Positions 38,104 through 46,945 of a stretch of 64,000 nt of DNA are shown here, piece by piece. The notes beneath the pieces are model-generated. The model was not told where the DNA came from. It did no database searches and was given only the letters and a program-made list of their open reading frames with translations. How positions within the stretch are numbered: position 1 is the first letter of the stretch; every line of letters starts with the position of its first letter. The stretch is from an uncultured candidatus Porisulfidus sp. (GTDB lineage Bacteria; Pseudomonadota; Gammaproteobacteria; Poriferisulfidales; Poriferisulfidaceae), in the NCBI GenBank assembly GCA_965199755.1, contig CBDASZ010000001.1:256001-320000 (forward strand). The letters are read 5' to 3'. A program made the translations under genes and the position numbers.

Positions 38104-38496
38104 TCAGTCTCCGAAGGTCACCAGACGATCCGATTGGACAGCCGCCTCGATCAATTGTCCGAGGCCGGAGATCCGAAAGCCCGGCGCGATATTGTCGGCG
38201 TCCTTGCCGTTGCGTTTGGCTTCGCTTTCATCCAGCAGGCCGCGGCGCTGCGCCGCCGCTACGCATAACACCAGATCCAGTTCGTGCTCTTGCGCCAGTT
38301 GTGACCAGCGCTCGACGATATTGCGATCGTCTTGCGGCGGCACGGTCAGTCGGGTGCCGTTGTTGACGCCGTCGTGATAGAAGAACACGCGGAAAATCTC
38401 GTGACCGGCATCCAGCACGGCTTGCGTGAACTGATATGCGCTGTCAGAAGCCTGATGCTGGTATGGCCCCTCGTTGACCACGATTCCGAATTTCAC
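38104..38496 (-). CDS. dsrE: DsrE sulfurtransferase subunit
   Basis: VFFYHDGV, CVAAAQRRG (active Cys), SGLGQL. Confidence 0.96.
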   Translation of the reverse strand: MKFGIVVNEGPYQHQASDSAYQFTQAVLDAGHEIFRVFFYHDGVNNGTRLTVPPQDDRNIVERWSQLAQEHELDLVLCVAAAQRRGLLDESEAKRNGKDADNIAPGFRISGLGQLIEAAVQSDRLVTFGD

Positions 38497-38523
38497 AACA
38501 AACCGCCTGTGCCAGTGCTCGCT

Positions 38524-39597
38524 TCAAAAGCGAATATGAGCAGAGGCATTGAGGCTGGAGCGGGAGCCGCGCCAGTTATCGATGTGAAACTTGGTGAACG
38601 GCAGACCAGTGGCCTCGAAAAACTGTGGCCAGCCAATACGCTCCACCCAGTCATTGATTCGCTCCCAGTCACGGGCGTCATCGCGATAGGCGCGCAGGAT
38701 GCGCTTGACTACTGCGGTCGCTTCCGGCCAGCGCGGCGGATTGTTGGGGATGCCGGCAGCAACCAGTTTCTGGAAGGTCGGCTTACCACGCGCGTTGGAG
38801 TGATTGCCGCCCACCCAGATGGCCAGTTTGGTGTGTTCCGGGTCGTTGATCTGCATCGGCGGGCAGGGTGGGTAGCAGGCCCCGCAGCAGATACATTTTT
38901 TCTCGTCGACTTCCAGCGAGGGCTTGTTGTTGACCAGTGCCGGGCGGATTGCCGCGACCGGGCAGCGGGCCACTACAGACGGGCGCTCGCAGACGTTGGA
39001 GACCAGATCATGGTTGATCTTGGGCGGTTTGGTGTGCTGCACATTGATGGCAATGTCGCCTTGACCGCCACAGTTGATCTGACAACAGGAGGTGGTGATG
39101 TGCACCCGGTTCGGCATGTTCCAGCCGCGGAATTCCTCAATCAGCTCATCCATCATCGCCTTTACCACGCCGGAGGCGTCGGTGCCAGGGATGTCGCAAT
39201 GCAGCCAGCCTTGGGTATGCGAGATCATGGCGACCGAGTTCTTGGTGCCGCCGACCACGAAGCCGGAATCTTCCAGCGCGTTGATCAGAGGCTCGACCCG
39301 AGACTGATCCGCCACCATGTATTCAATGTTGCTGCGAATCGTGAAACGGACATACCCTTCGCCGTACTGGTCGCCGATGTCACACAACTTGCGCAGGGTG
39401 AACACATCCAGAATACGCTGGGTGCCGGCGCGGACGGTCCAGATGGCCTCGCCGTTGTGTGCGACGTGGCGCAATACGCCAGGACGCGGGTCTTCGTGAT
39501 AGGCCCAGTTCCCGTAATGCTTACGCATCAGGGGATGCAGGTACTGGAAGCCGTCAGGGCATCCAGACTCAATGGGCGGGCGATGCTGTTGTACCAT
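38524..39597 (-). CDS. dsrB: Reverse dissimilatory sulfite reductase beta subunit
   Basis: HTQGWLHCDIP, SCCQINCG, CICCGACYPPCP, PNNPPRWPE. Confidence 0.97.
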   Translation of the reverse strand: MVQQHRPPIESGCPDGFQYLHPLMRKHYGNWAYHEDPRPGVLRHVAHNGEAIWTVRAGTQRILDVFTLRKLCDIGDQYGEGYVRFTIRSNIEYMVADQSRVEPLINALEDSGFVVGGTKNSVAMISHTQGWLHCDIPGTDASGVVKAMMDELIEEFRGWNMPNRVHITTSCCQINCGGQGDIAINVQHTKPPKINHDLVSNVCERPSVVARCPVAAIRPALVNNKPSLEVDEKKCICCGACYPPCPPMQINDPEHTKLAIWVGGNHSNARGKPTFQKLVAAGIPNNPPRWPEATAVVKRILRAYRDDARDWERINDWVERIGWPQFFEATGLPFTKFHIDNWRGSRSSLNASAHIRF

Positions 39598-39615
39598 GCT
39601 GTGTCTCCCTCCCCG

Positions 39616-40872
39616 TCAAGCCGCTTGTGATTCGGCTTTGTTCTGGAACCACTTCTCGGCTTCTTCTTCCCAGGAGTCAGTGCGCACGTAAGAACTGGTG
39701 CGTGGCTCGTTGATCATGTTGGGGTCAACTTCAACCCCTACGCCTTCGAGGAAGTTGACCAGCCCGATGCGCTCGATCATCTCGCCGCAACGTTCATGCT
39801 CCAGTCCGTTCTCGGCCCAGAAGTCAATGGTCTCTTCCGCCAGTTCCACCAGACGCTCGTAGTCTTCTTCCGACTCCAGTTTCATAAACGGAACCACCAT
39901 GGTGCCCATCAGGTCACCAATCTTCAGGGTGCGTTTGCCGCCGATCAGAATTGACACACCCTTGTCATCCCCCGGCGAGAGCGCCTTGGGCAGGACATTC
40001 AGGCAGTGCATGCAACGTACGCAGTTGCGATTGTCGACTTCCAGCTGATCATCGTCAGTCAGGGACAGCGCGTTGCTTGGACAGCGTGCGATGACGTTGT
40101 CGACCAGATACTGGCGGCCCTTGCTCTCCAGATAGCCCGCGATGGCGTCCTGATCCACTTTCATGTCGTCGCGCCAGGTGCCGATGATGGCGAAGTCGGA
40201 ACGCTCAATGGAATTCATGCAATCGTTGGAGCAGCCGGAGACCTTGAACTTGAACTTGTACGGCAGCGCCGGGCGATGCACATCATCAGTGAAGTTGTTG
40301 AGCAAGGTGCGGTGAACGCGCATCTCATCGGTGTTGGATTGCTCGCAACGGGCCGCGCCGACACAGGACATGCCGGTGCGGACGCAGGGGCCTGCGCCAC
40401 CTAAGTCAAATCCGTAATCGTTGATTTCGTCAAAAAAGTGCTGGGTATTTTCCGTGCTGGCACCGATAAACATGATGTTGCCGGTTTGCCCGTGGAAGGT
40501 CACCAGACCTGAACCCCAGCGCTCCCAACTGTCGCCGAGCTGGCGCAGAATGTCGGTGCTGTAGTAGTTGCCCGCGGGGGGTTGGACGCGCAAGGTGTGG
40601 AATTCCTTGGAGGCCGGGAATGTTGCGCCGACTTCCGAGAAGCGAGGGATGATGCCGCTTCCGTAGCCGAACACGCTGACCGTGCCGCCTTTCCAGTATC
40701 CCTTGCGGGTTTCGTATGAATGTTCGAGTTGGCCAAGCAGGTCGTTAGCTACTCCGTTGATGCGCTCATCAGGATGTTGATCGCGCAGTCGCTTGATGCC
40801 TGAAATAAAGCTGGGCCAAGGGCCGTGCTCCAGTTCGTCCAGCATTGGCGTGTCATGTTTTTGGTCGGTCAT
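39616..40872 (-). CDS. dsrA: Reverse dissimilatory sulfite reductase alpha subunit
   Basis: TPMLDELEHGPWPSF, WKGG, CVGAARCE, PYKFKFKVSGCSNDC, CVRCMHCLN; start at MTDQKH. Confidence 0.97.
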   Translation of the reverse strand: MTDQKHDTPMLDELEHGPWPSFISGIKRLRDQHPDERINGVANDLLGQLEHSYETRKGYWKGGTVSVFGYGSGIIPRFSEVGATFPASKEFHTLRVQPPAGNYYSTDILRQLGDSWERWGSGLVTFHGQTGNIMFIGASTENTQHFFDEINDYGFDLGGAGPCVRTGMSCVGAARCEQSNTDEMRVHRTLLNNFTDDVHRPALPYKFKFKVSGCSNDCMNSIERSDFAIIGTWRDDMKVDQDAIAGYLESKGRQYLVDNVIARCPSNALSLTDDDQLEVDNRNCVRCMHCLNVLPKALSPGDDKGVSILIGGKRTLKIGDLMGTMVVPFMKLESEEDYERLVELAEETIDFWAENGLEHERCGEMIERIGLVNFLEGVGVEVDPNMINEPRTSSYVRTDSWEEEAEKWFQNKAESQAA

Positions 40873-40923
40873 GGATCCGTTCCTCCAGTTGTTCACTATC
40901 TGGGGCTTTCCGCCATTCAATAG

Positions 40924-40961
40924 GATAAATTATTTTTGGGCAAAGATAAATTCCACTTGGG
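40924..40961. promoter_or_regulatory. Tandem direct repeat GATAAATT-N4-TTGGG (21-bp period) upstream of dsrA
   Basis: Copies at 40924-40940 and 40945-40961, read directly; AT-rich divergent intergenic region. Confidence 0.5.
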
Positions 40962-41241
40962 GGGTAAATCAATGTTCGTTGCATCTATCCCATTGGGGTT
41001 AAAGCATCGGCTCTCCACACCGGAGATCCGAACCCTCCATTATAGAGAATGGAGCGCGATTCGGGGGCGGCTTTTTGCCAAGTTAATTAGGTGCAAAGCT
41101 ATCTTCTCTAGGTAGTGCAGGATGCGATCCGGGAACAATTCAGTGTGTGTTGGTATTGCGTTTGGCAATATAATTGGTTCCCGCTGAACATATTTTCTGC
41201 TTCGCAATTTTTTTGGATGACCGTGAAAGGAGGGATTCAAA

Positions 41242-42357
41242 ATGCTTGAAGAGAATAAACATGACGTGTTGGTTCAAAAAATTGAGAGCATAAGGGACAG
41301 GGCATTACGGAGTAAGAAGCCGATGAGTGAGGGCACGGTCATATTGGCTCGTGTGATGCCGATATTGAATATTTTGGGTTGGAATTCGGAGGATTCGAAT
41401 GCGGTGGTGCGGGAATATTCAGTCAGAGGTTACAAAGACAAGCGGGCAGATATTGCGCTGGGAGAAAATATGGAAGAATCTGACGGTAAGGTTCTTGTTT
41501 TCATTGAGGCCAAGGCTTCGAAGGAGTCGTTGCGCAATGCTAAATACATTAGCCAGTTGGAAGATTATTGCCTAAAGCAACATGTTGATCTGGGGGTTTT
41601 GACCAACGGTACCAAATGGGATTTTTATCTGTATCCAAGAGGTGCAGAGCCTCTTCTTGCAGAAGAAATTGATATAAGGCAGGATACAGTTGATTCTGCG
41701 TCAAAAACATTCGATCAAATCCTGAGTCACAAGCACATTTCCGAAAAACGGCATCTACAATTTGCGAACAAGGCCGCGTTTTGCAGATTGACCGAACAGG
41801 TGTGGGAGACCTTTCTCAAGGATCGCGAAGACATGAGGCGTCTAGTGCAAGGACGCCTGCGTAAGAAGCGTGGGAAGCCAGTTATTACAAAGAAGGAGAA
41901 GGGATGGCTTGAGGAATGGCTTGAAAAAAAGATTACGGAATTGCATTCTGTGGCCTCTGAAGAGAAGGTGGAGGAAGCCGCCAATATCAGCAAGAGTGTT
42001 TCTGTGGTCAAGTCTAAAGATAAACCCTCCAAAGCCAGACCCTCTGAAATAACGCATATTATGATGCTCGGGAAGCAGATTAATGTGGAGACCTTCAGAG
42101 AGGCCAAAGTTGCTTGTTTAGAGGAATTAGAGTCGAAACGTCCCGGGTCACTTGAACGGTTGTCAACAGAGCCTCGGCCTGTTTGTTCCAAAGATAAAAC
42201 AGAGTTCCGAGTTCCGAGACAAATTGGAAGCCTGCCGTACTGGACAGATGTGCATGGAAGTGCTGACAGCCATCGGAGGAAATGCCGCAAAGCCTTGGAT
42301 GCCTTGGGCTTGCGGCCGGGCTCTGTTCGGTTCTTTAATGGCGATGGTGAGTGTTAA
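41242..42357 (+). CDS. HsdR_N-like PD-(D/E)xK nuclease with SeqA-C-like C-terminal domain (copy 1)
   Basis: LNILGW, VVREY, RADIAL, FIEAK, QLEDY, GVLTNG.KWDFY; C-terminus RPVCSKDKTEFRVPRQIGSLPYWTDVHGSA...ALDALGL. Confidence 0.8.
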   Translation: MLEENKHDVLVQKIESIRDRALRSKKPMSEGTVILARVMPILNILGWNSEDSNAVVREYSVRGYKDKRADIALGENMEESDGKVLVFIEAKASKESLRNAKYISQLEDYCLKQHVDLGVLTNGTKWDFYLYPRGAEPLLAEEIDIRQDTVDSASKTFDQILSHKHISEKRHLQFANKAAFCRLTEQVWETFLKDREDMRRLVQGRLRKKRGKPVITKKEKGWLEEWLEKKITELHSVASEEKVEEAANISKSVSVVKSKDKPSKARPSEITHIMMLGKQINVETFREAKVACLEELESKRPGSLERLSTEPRPVCSKDKTEFRVPRQIGSLPYWTDVHGSADSHRRKCRKALDALGLRPGSVRFFNGDGEC

Positions 42358-43800
42358 GGGCCGAAGCACCGTCAGGGCTGGAGTTTTAGCGGACTTGATC
42401 TTTGTGATTTCTTGGGTCGCTTCCTATCAAGTGGCTCTGATCCACGCCATTGTTCCAGCCAGTCTTTGCAATGGATTGGTTTTGTTGCAATTGAGGGTTT
42501 CTCCGTGAAAACACTGCGGCTAGGACAATATCATGCTGTGCCTCATATGTATGACGGAATTATTGACATGGGTCAGGGGATTTGGCAATATGGGGCTACT
42601 TAATTGAACAAGTTGATCTGTCACGTGCGGCAGAAATTTCCTTAACTGAACACAATAGGGGTGGGGCATATGTCTGAAGAAAACAATCGCGTTGTCGAAT
42701 TGACTCAAAAGGTTGAAGAACTGAAAGACAAGGCCTCACGAAGCAAGAGACCGATGAGTGAGGCTACAGTGATATCGGCTCGTGTGATGCCGATATTGAA
42801 TATTTTGGGCTGGGATTCAGAGGAGACGAATGCGGTGGTGCGAGAATATTCTGTCAGAGGCTACAAAGACAAGCGGGCAGATATTGCGCTGGGAGAAAAT
42901 ATGGAGGAATCTGACGGTAAGGTTCTCGTTTTCATTGAAGCCAAGGCTTCGAAGGAGTCGCTGCACAATGGCAAATATATTAGCCAGTTGGAAGATTATT
43001 GCCTAAAGCAACATGTTGATCTGGGGGTTCTGACCAACGGTACCAAATGGGATTTTTATCTGTATCCAAGAGGTGCAGAGCCTCTTCTTGCAGAAGAAAT
43101 TGATATGGAGAATAGTACTGAAACCTGTGTGTCAAAATTTGTTCAAATCCTGAGTCACAAGCACATTTCCGAAAAGCGACATCTACAATTTGCGAACAAA
43201 GCCGCGTTTTGCAGACTGACCGATCAAGTATGGGAGATTTTGCTCAAGGATCGTAAAGACATCAGAGGCCTAGTGCAAAGACACTTGTCTAAGAAGCGTG
43301 GGAAGCCAGTTGCAAAGAAGGAGGAGAAGAAATGGCTTGAAGAGTGGCTTGAAGACAAGATTACGGAATTGCATTCTGTAGCATCTGAAGGGAGGTCGGA
43401 GGAATCCGTCACATCCATCAAGAGTGAGTCTGATGCCAAGCCTAAAGATAAGCCATCCAAAGCTGCCGCATCTAAAGTGACGCATATTGTGGCATTTGGG
43501 GAGCAAATTGAGGTAGAGAAATTTACAGAGGCCCAACTTGCTTTTTTACAAAAATTAGAGTCGGAACATCCGGGCTCACTTGAGCGGTTGGCCCAAGAGC
43601 CTAGGCCTGTTTGCTTTAAGAATACTAACCAGATGAGGGAGAAGGGTGTACCGAAGCAGATTGGGAATATGCCGTATTGGGCCGAAATGCACCGAAGTGC
43701 CGTTGCGCATCGGCAGACATGCCATAAAGCCTTGAAAGCCCTAGGCTTGCCCTTGGGCTCTATTCGGTTTTTTAATGGCGACCATGAGTATAAAGATTGA
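41320..43800 (+). repeat. Tandem gene duplication (~1.1-kb units, offset ~1.43 kb)
   Basis: For example TGACCAACGGTACCAAATGGGATTTTTATCTGTATCCAAGAGGTGCAGAGCCTCTTCTTGCAGAAGAAATTGATAT occurs at ~41600 and ~43031. Confidence 0.92.
42670..43800 (+). CDS. HsdR_N-like PD-(D/E)xK nuclease with SeqA-C-like C-terminal domain (copy 2, tandem paralogue)
   Basis: Same motifs as copy 1; long stretches of DNA identical to 41242..42357. Confidence 0.8.
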   Translation: MSEENNRVVELTQKVEELKDKASRSKRPMSEATVISARVMPILNILGWDSEETNAVVREYSVRGYKDKRADIALGENMEESDGKVLVFIEAKASKESLHNGKYISQLEDYCLKQHVDLGVLTNGTKWDFYLYPRGAEPLLAEEIDMENSTETCVSKFVQILSHKHISEKRHLQFANKAAFCRLTDQVWEILLKDRKDIRGLVQRHLSKKRGKPVAKKEEKKWLEEWLEDKITELHSVASEGRSEESVTSIKSESDAKPKDKPSKAAASKVTHIVAFGEQIEVEKFTEAQLAFLQKLESEHPGSLERLAQEPRPVCFKNTNQMREKGVPKQIGNMPYWAEMHRSAVAHRQTCHKALKALGLPLGSIRFFNGDHEYKD

Positions 43801-43907
43801 AGGGGCGGGCAGGACTGGTGCGTGCAGAGCGGGGGGATGGCTCGCTGGTCGTTATAATTTAAACTCGAACCCGTATCTCTAATTCTCGCCATATCTCAGG
43901 AGGGAAC

Positions 43908-44246
43908 ATGGGCATTGAATTTGACGGAAAGACTATCGAAGCCACCCCCAACGGCTATCTGACCAATGCCGATGATTGGAGTGAAGCGTTAGCGGAGCAC
44001 ATTGCGCAATCAGAGGATCTGGAATTGACCTCGCGTCACTGGGACGTGATCAACCATTTGCGCGAGGAGTTCTTCCAGCGCGGTGGCAATCAACCGAACA
44101 CGCGCAATTTGGTGAAACATTTCAGCAAGTTATGGGGAGAGAAAATCAGCGCGAAGACGTTGTATGACCTGTTTCCGGGGGACCCGAGCAAGCAGGGCGG
44201 GCGCATCTCCGGCTTACCGGAGAGTCGCCGCAAGGGCGGCTATTGA
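43908..44246 (+). CDS. DsrC/TusE-family paralogue lacking cysteines (RspA-like)
   Basis: GYL...DDWSE, HWDVINHLR, LYDLFPGDPSKQGGRISGLP; ends ESRRKGGY with no Cys. AGGAGG RBS; TATAAT at 43853. Confidence 0.88.
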   Translation: MGIEFDGKTIEATPNGYLTNADDWSEALAEHIAQSEDLELTSRHWDVINHLREEFFQRGGNQPNTRNLVKHFSKLWGEKISAKTLYDLFPGDPSKQGGRISGLPESRRKGGY

Positions 44247-44270
44247 TTGCGCCAAAACGGGTTTATTTCT

Positions 44271-45959
44271 TCAGGATTCTGCGGCATCGGTGACAGCACC
44301 TTCCGATGCCGAGATCACACTGCGGGCGTATTTAGCCAGCACTCCGGTTTGATAGCGCGGTTTGTGCAGCTTGAGGTTTTCACGCCGTTGATTGAGTTCT
44401 CGCTTGGGCACTAACAAATTCATCTCCTGCTTGACTGCGTCAATGGAGATTGTGTCGCCGTTGCGCACTAGTGCAAGCGGGCCGCCGACTGCGGCCTCTG
44501 GGGTCACGTGACCGATCACGAACCCGTGTGAGCCACCTGAAAACCGTCCGTCTGTAATGAGCGCCACTTTATCGCCAAGGCCGCAGCCCATGATGGCGGA
44601 GGTTGGAGACAGCATTTCGCGCATGCCTGGTCCGCCGCGTGGTCCCTCGAAGCGGATCACGATGACATCGCCGGCACGGATGCGTCCATCCAGAATTGCG
44701 CGTAGGGCGCGTTCTTCGGAATCAAACGTGCGGGCTCGTCCGGTGAAAGTTTCGCCTTCCTTACCGCTGATTTTGGCAACTGCGCCTTCCGGGGCGAGGT
44801 TGCCGCGCAGGATGACCAGATGTCCGTCAGCCTTGATTGGGTCATTGAGCGGGCGGATGATTTGCTGGCGTTCGGGGTAGTCGGCGACTTCTGCCAGATC
44901 TTCCGCAAGGGTTTTGCCTGTCACCGTCCGGCAACCGCCGTACAGCAGGCCTGCATCCAGCAACCGCTTCATCAGAGGACGGATGCCACCGATGCGCACC
45001 AGTTCCGACATCATGTAGCGTCCGGACGGGCGCAGGTCAGCCAGCACTGGGGTTTTCTCACCGATGCGGGAGAAGTCGTCCAGCGCCAATGGCACGCGCA
45101 TGGAGTGGGCCATTGCCAGCAAGTGCAACACGGCATTGGTGGAGCCGCCGAGTGCGGTGACCACAGTGATCGCATTCAGAAACGCCCGGCGTGTCATGAT
45201 TTTGCGGGGTGTGATACCGAGGCTGAGGAGATTGATGGCAGCCGCGCCGGCGCGTTCACAGTCTTCCCGTTTGGCGCGTGAGGTTGCCATTTGCGCGGAG
45301 CTTCCAGGCAGGCTCATGCCGAGTGTTTCGATAGCCGAAGCCATGGTGTTTGCGGTGTACATGCCGCCGCAGGAGCCGGGGCCGGGGATCGCGCAGGATT
45401 CAATTGCGTTGAGTTCTTTGTTGCTGATTTTTCCTTGCGCGTGTTCGCCGACCGCCTCGAATACCGAGATCACATCAATCTTCTTGCCGCGGTGGTGTCC
45501 TGGTGCGATGGTGCCGCCGTAGACGAATACGGCGGGACGATTCAAGCGGGCGATAGCCATTAGGCAACCGGGCATGTTCTTGTCGCAACCACCGATAGCG
45601 ACCAGCGCGTCGAATCCTTCAGCCGCGGTCACAGTCTCGATGGTGTCGGCGATGAGTTCACGCGACACCAGTGAATATTTCATGCCCTCCGTACCCATCG
45701 AGATACCGTCCGACACGGTGATGGTATTGAAGGTGACGGCCTTGCCGCCTGCGTCATTAGCCCCGGTGGCCGCGTGCTTGGCCAGCTTGTTGATGTGCAT
45801 GTTGCACGGCGTGACTTCGCTCCAGGTCGACGCAATACCAACTTGCGGACGCTGGAAGTCTTTGCTTTCGAAGCCGACGGCGCGCAGCATGGAGCGCGAC
45901 GGCGCGCGCTCAATACCATCGACCAGAATGCTTGAATGGGGGCGGGGAAGTTTGGCCAT
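44271..45959 (-). CDS. ilvD: Dihydroxy-acid dehydratase
   Basis: PCNMH, SDGISMG, GCDKNMPG, CGGMYTANTM, GGSTN, GPGMREM, TDGRFSG. Confidence 0.97.
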   Translation of the reverse strand: MAKLPRPHSSILVDGIERAPSRSMLRAVGFESKDFQRPQVGIASTWSEVTPCNMHINKLAKHAATGANDAGGKAVTFNTITVSDGISMGTEGMKYSLVSRELIADTIETVTAAEGFDALVAIGGCDKNMPGCLMAIARLNRPAVFVYGGTIAPGHHRGKKIDVISVFEAVGEHAQGKISNKELNAIESCAIPGPGSCGGMYTANTMASAIETLGMSLPGSSAQMATSRAKREDCERAGAAAINLLSLGITPRKIMTRRAFLNAITVVTALGGSTNAVLHLLAMAHSMRVPLALDDFSRIGEKTPVLADLRPSGRYMMSELVRIGGIRPLMKRLLDAGLLYGGCRTVTGKTLAEDLAEVADYPERQQIIRPLNDPIKADGHLVILRGNLAPEGAVAKISGKEGETFTGRARTFDSEERALRAILDGRIRAGDVIVIRFEGPRGGPGMREMLSPTSAIMGCGLGDKVALITDGRFSGGSHGFVIGHVTPEAAVGGPLALVRNGDTISIDAVKQEMNLLVPKRELNQRRENLKLHKPRYQTGVLAKYARSVISASEGAVTDAAES

Positions 45960-46021
45960 AAAGGTGCTGCGGGCACGAAGTGCGGTTAAAAAGCCCGCCT
46001 ATTCTAGTCTCATACGTTTGC

Positions 46022-46945
46022 TCAGGCGGCTTTGGCGGACGTAGTCATCTCGTGCATTTCGAGTAGCACGCCTTCACGGATTGAACCGTTAGCCGGCTTC
46101 AGCCGCTTGACTTCCAGCAATTCGAACAGCGCATGCAAAATTGCAAGTCCGCCCAGAAACACCTCGACCCGATAGTGATCCAGATGCGTCAGGCGCGCGC
46201 AGACGCGCTTATCAACCAGCACCGCCACCAGTCGATCAATCGCTTCGGCATCAATAGTGCCGTCGGTGTAGCCGAGTTTAATCAGGGTGTTGCTGATGGC
46301 GCGGATGGCCCCGGAGGTGCCGTACAAGACCTGAATGCCTGGAAGATGAATATGCGCCTTGCCGGTCGGCGCGATAATCTCATCGGTGTATTCGATGGCC
46401 GCGTTCCAGTTGTTGAGTCTGAGTCGATCCGTGTGAAAGAAGCGCTCCGTTAATACGGCGCTTCCGACCTGCCAGCTCAGAATGCAACTCGGCCGCGCGG
46501 TGCTGCCGAGAATGAATTCAGTGCTGCTGCCGCCAATATCCAGAATGCAGTTGTCCGGGCCTTGCATGCGCGTGGTTTGCACCGCGCCGCGGTAGATGTA
46601 GTCGCCTTCTTCCTCACTGCTGATCACCCGGATCGGGTGTCCGAGCGCCCGTTCACAGCCGAGCAGAAACCGGTCGTTGCGCTGCAAGCGAAACGCATTG
46701 GTGGCGATGGCGGCGAAGCAGTCAGGTTTGTGCTGCCGGACTACACGAGAGGCTTCTCTCAGACAGTTGAACGCAGCGTGTTGGTACTTGCGGCGCAGAT
46801 CGCCGTTCTTCTTCAGTCCTGAGCCCAGCGAGACGTACTGCTTGAACTTGTCCAGTATCTTGATCTGTCCGTCGTCGTTGACCTGGGCATAGATCATGTG
46901 GAAGCTGTTCGAGCCCAGATCCAGAACGCTATAAGTAGGTTTCAT
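46022..46945 (-). CDS. ppx: Ppx/GppA exopolyphosphatase (short form)
   Basis: DLGSNSFH, ATNAFR, ISSEEEG, DIGGSSTE, IREG; overlaps ppk1. Confidence 0.9.
   Translation of the reverse strand: MKPTYSVLDLGSNSFHMIYAQVNDDGQIKILDKFKQYVSLGSGLKKNGDLRRKYQHAAFNCLREASRVVRQHKPDCFAAIATNAFRLQRNDRFLLGCERALGHPIRVISSEEEGDYIYRGAVQTTRMQGPDNCILDIGGSSTEFILGSTARPSCILSWQVGSAVLTERFFHTDRLRLNNWNAAIEYTDEIIAPTGKAHIHLPGIQVLYGTSGAIRAISNTLIKLGYTDGTIDAEAIDRLVAVLVDKRVCARLTHLDHYRVEVFLGGLAILHALFELLEVKRLKPANGSIREGVLLEMHEMTTSAKAA

Noticed and set aside
38332-39630. 432-aa plus-strand ORF, and other long antisense ORFs such as 32678..33664
   Set aside because: Antisense to well-supported dsr genes, with no recognisable motifs.
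41242-43800. Complete type I restriction-modification system
   Set aside because: Only HsdR_N-like nuclease domains are present; no helicase motifs, hsdM or hsdS.
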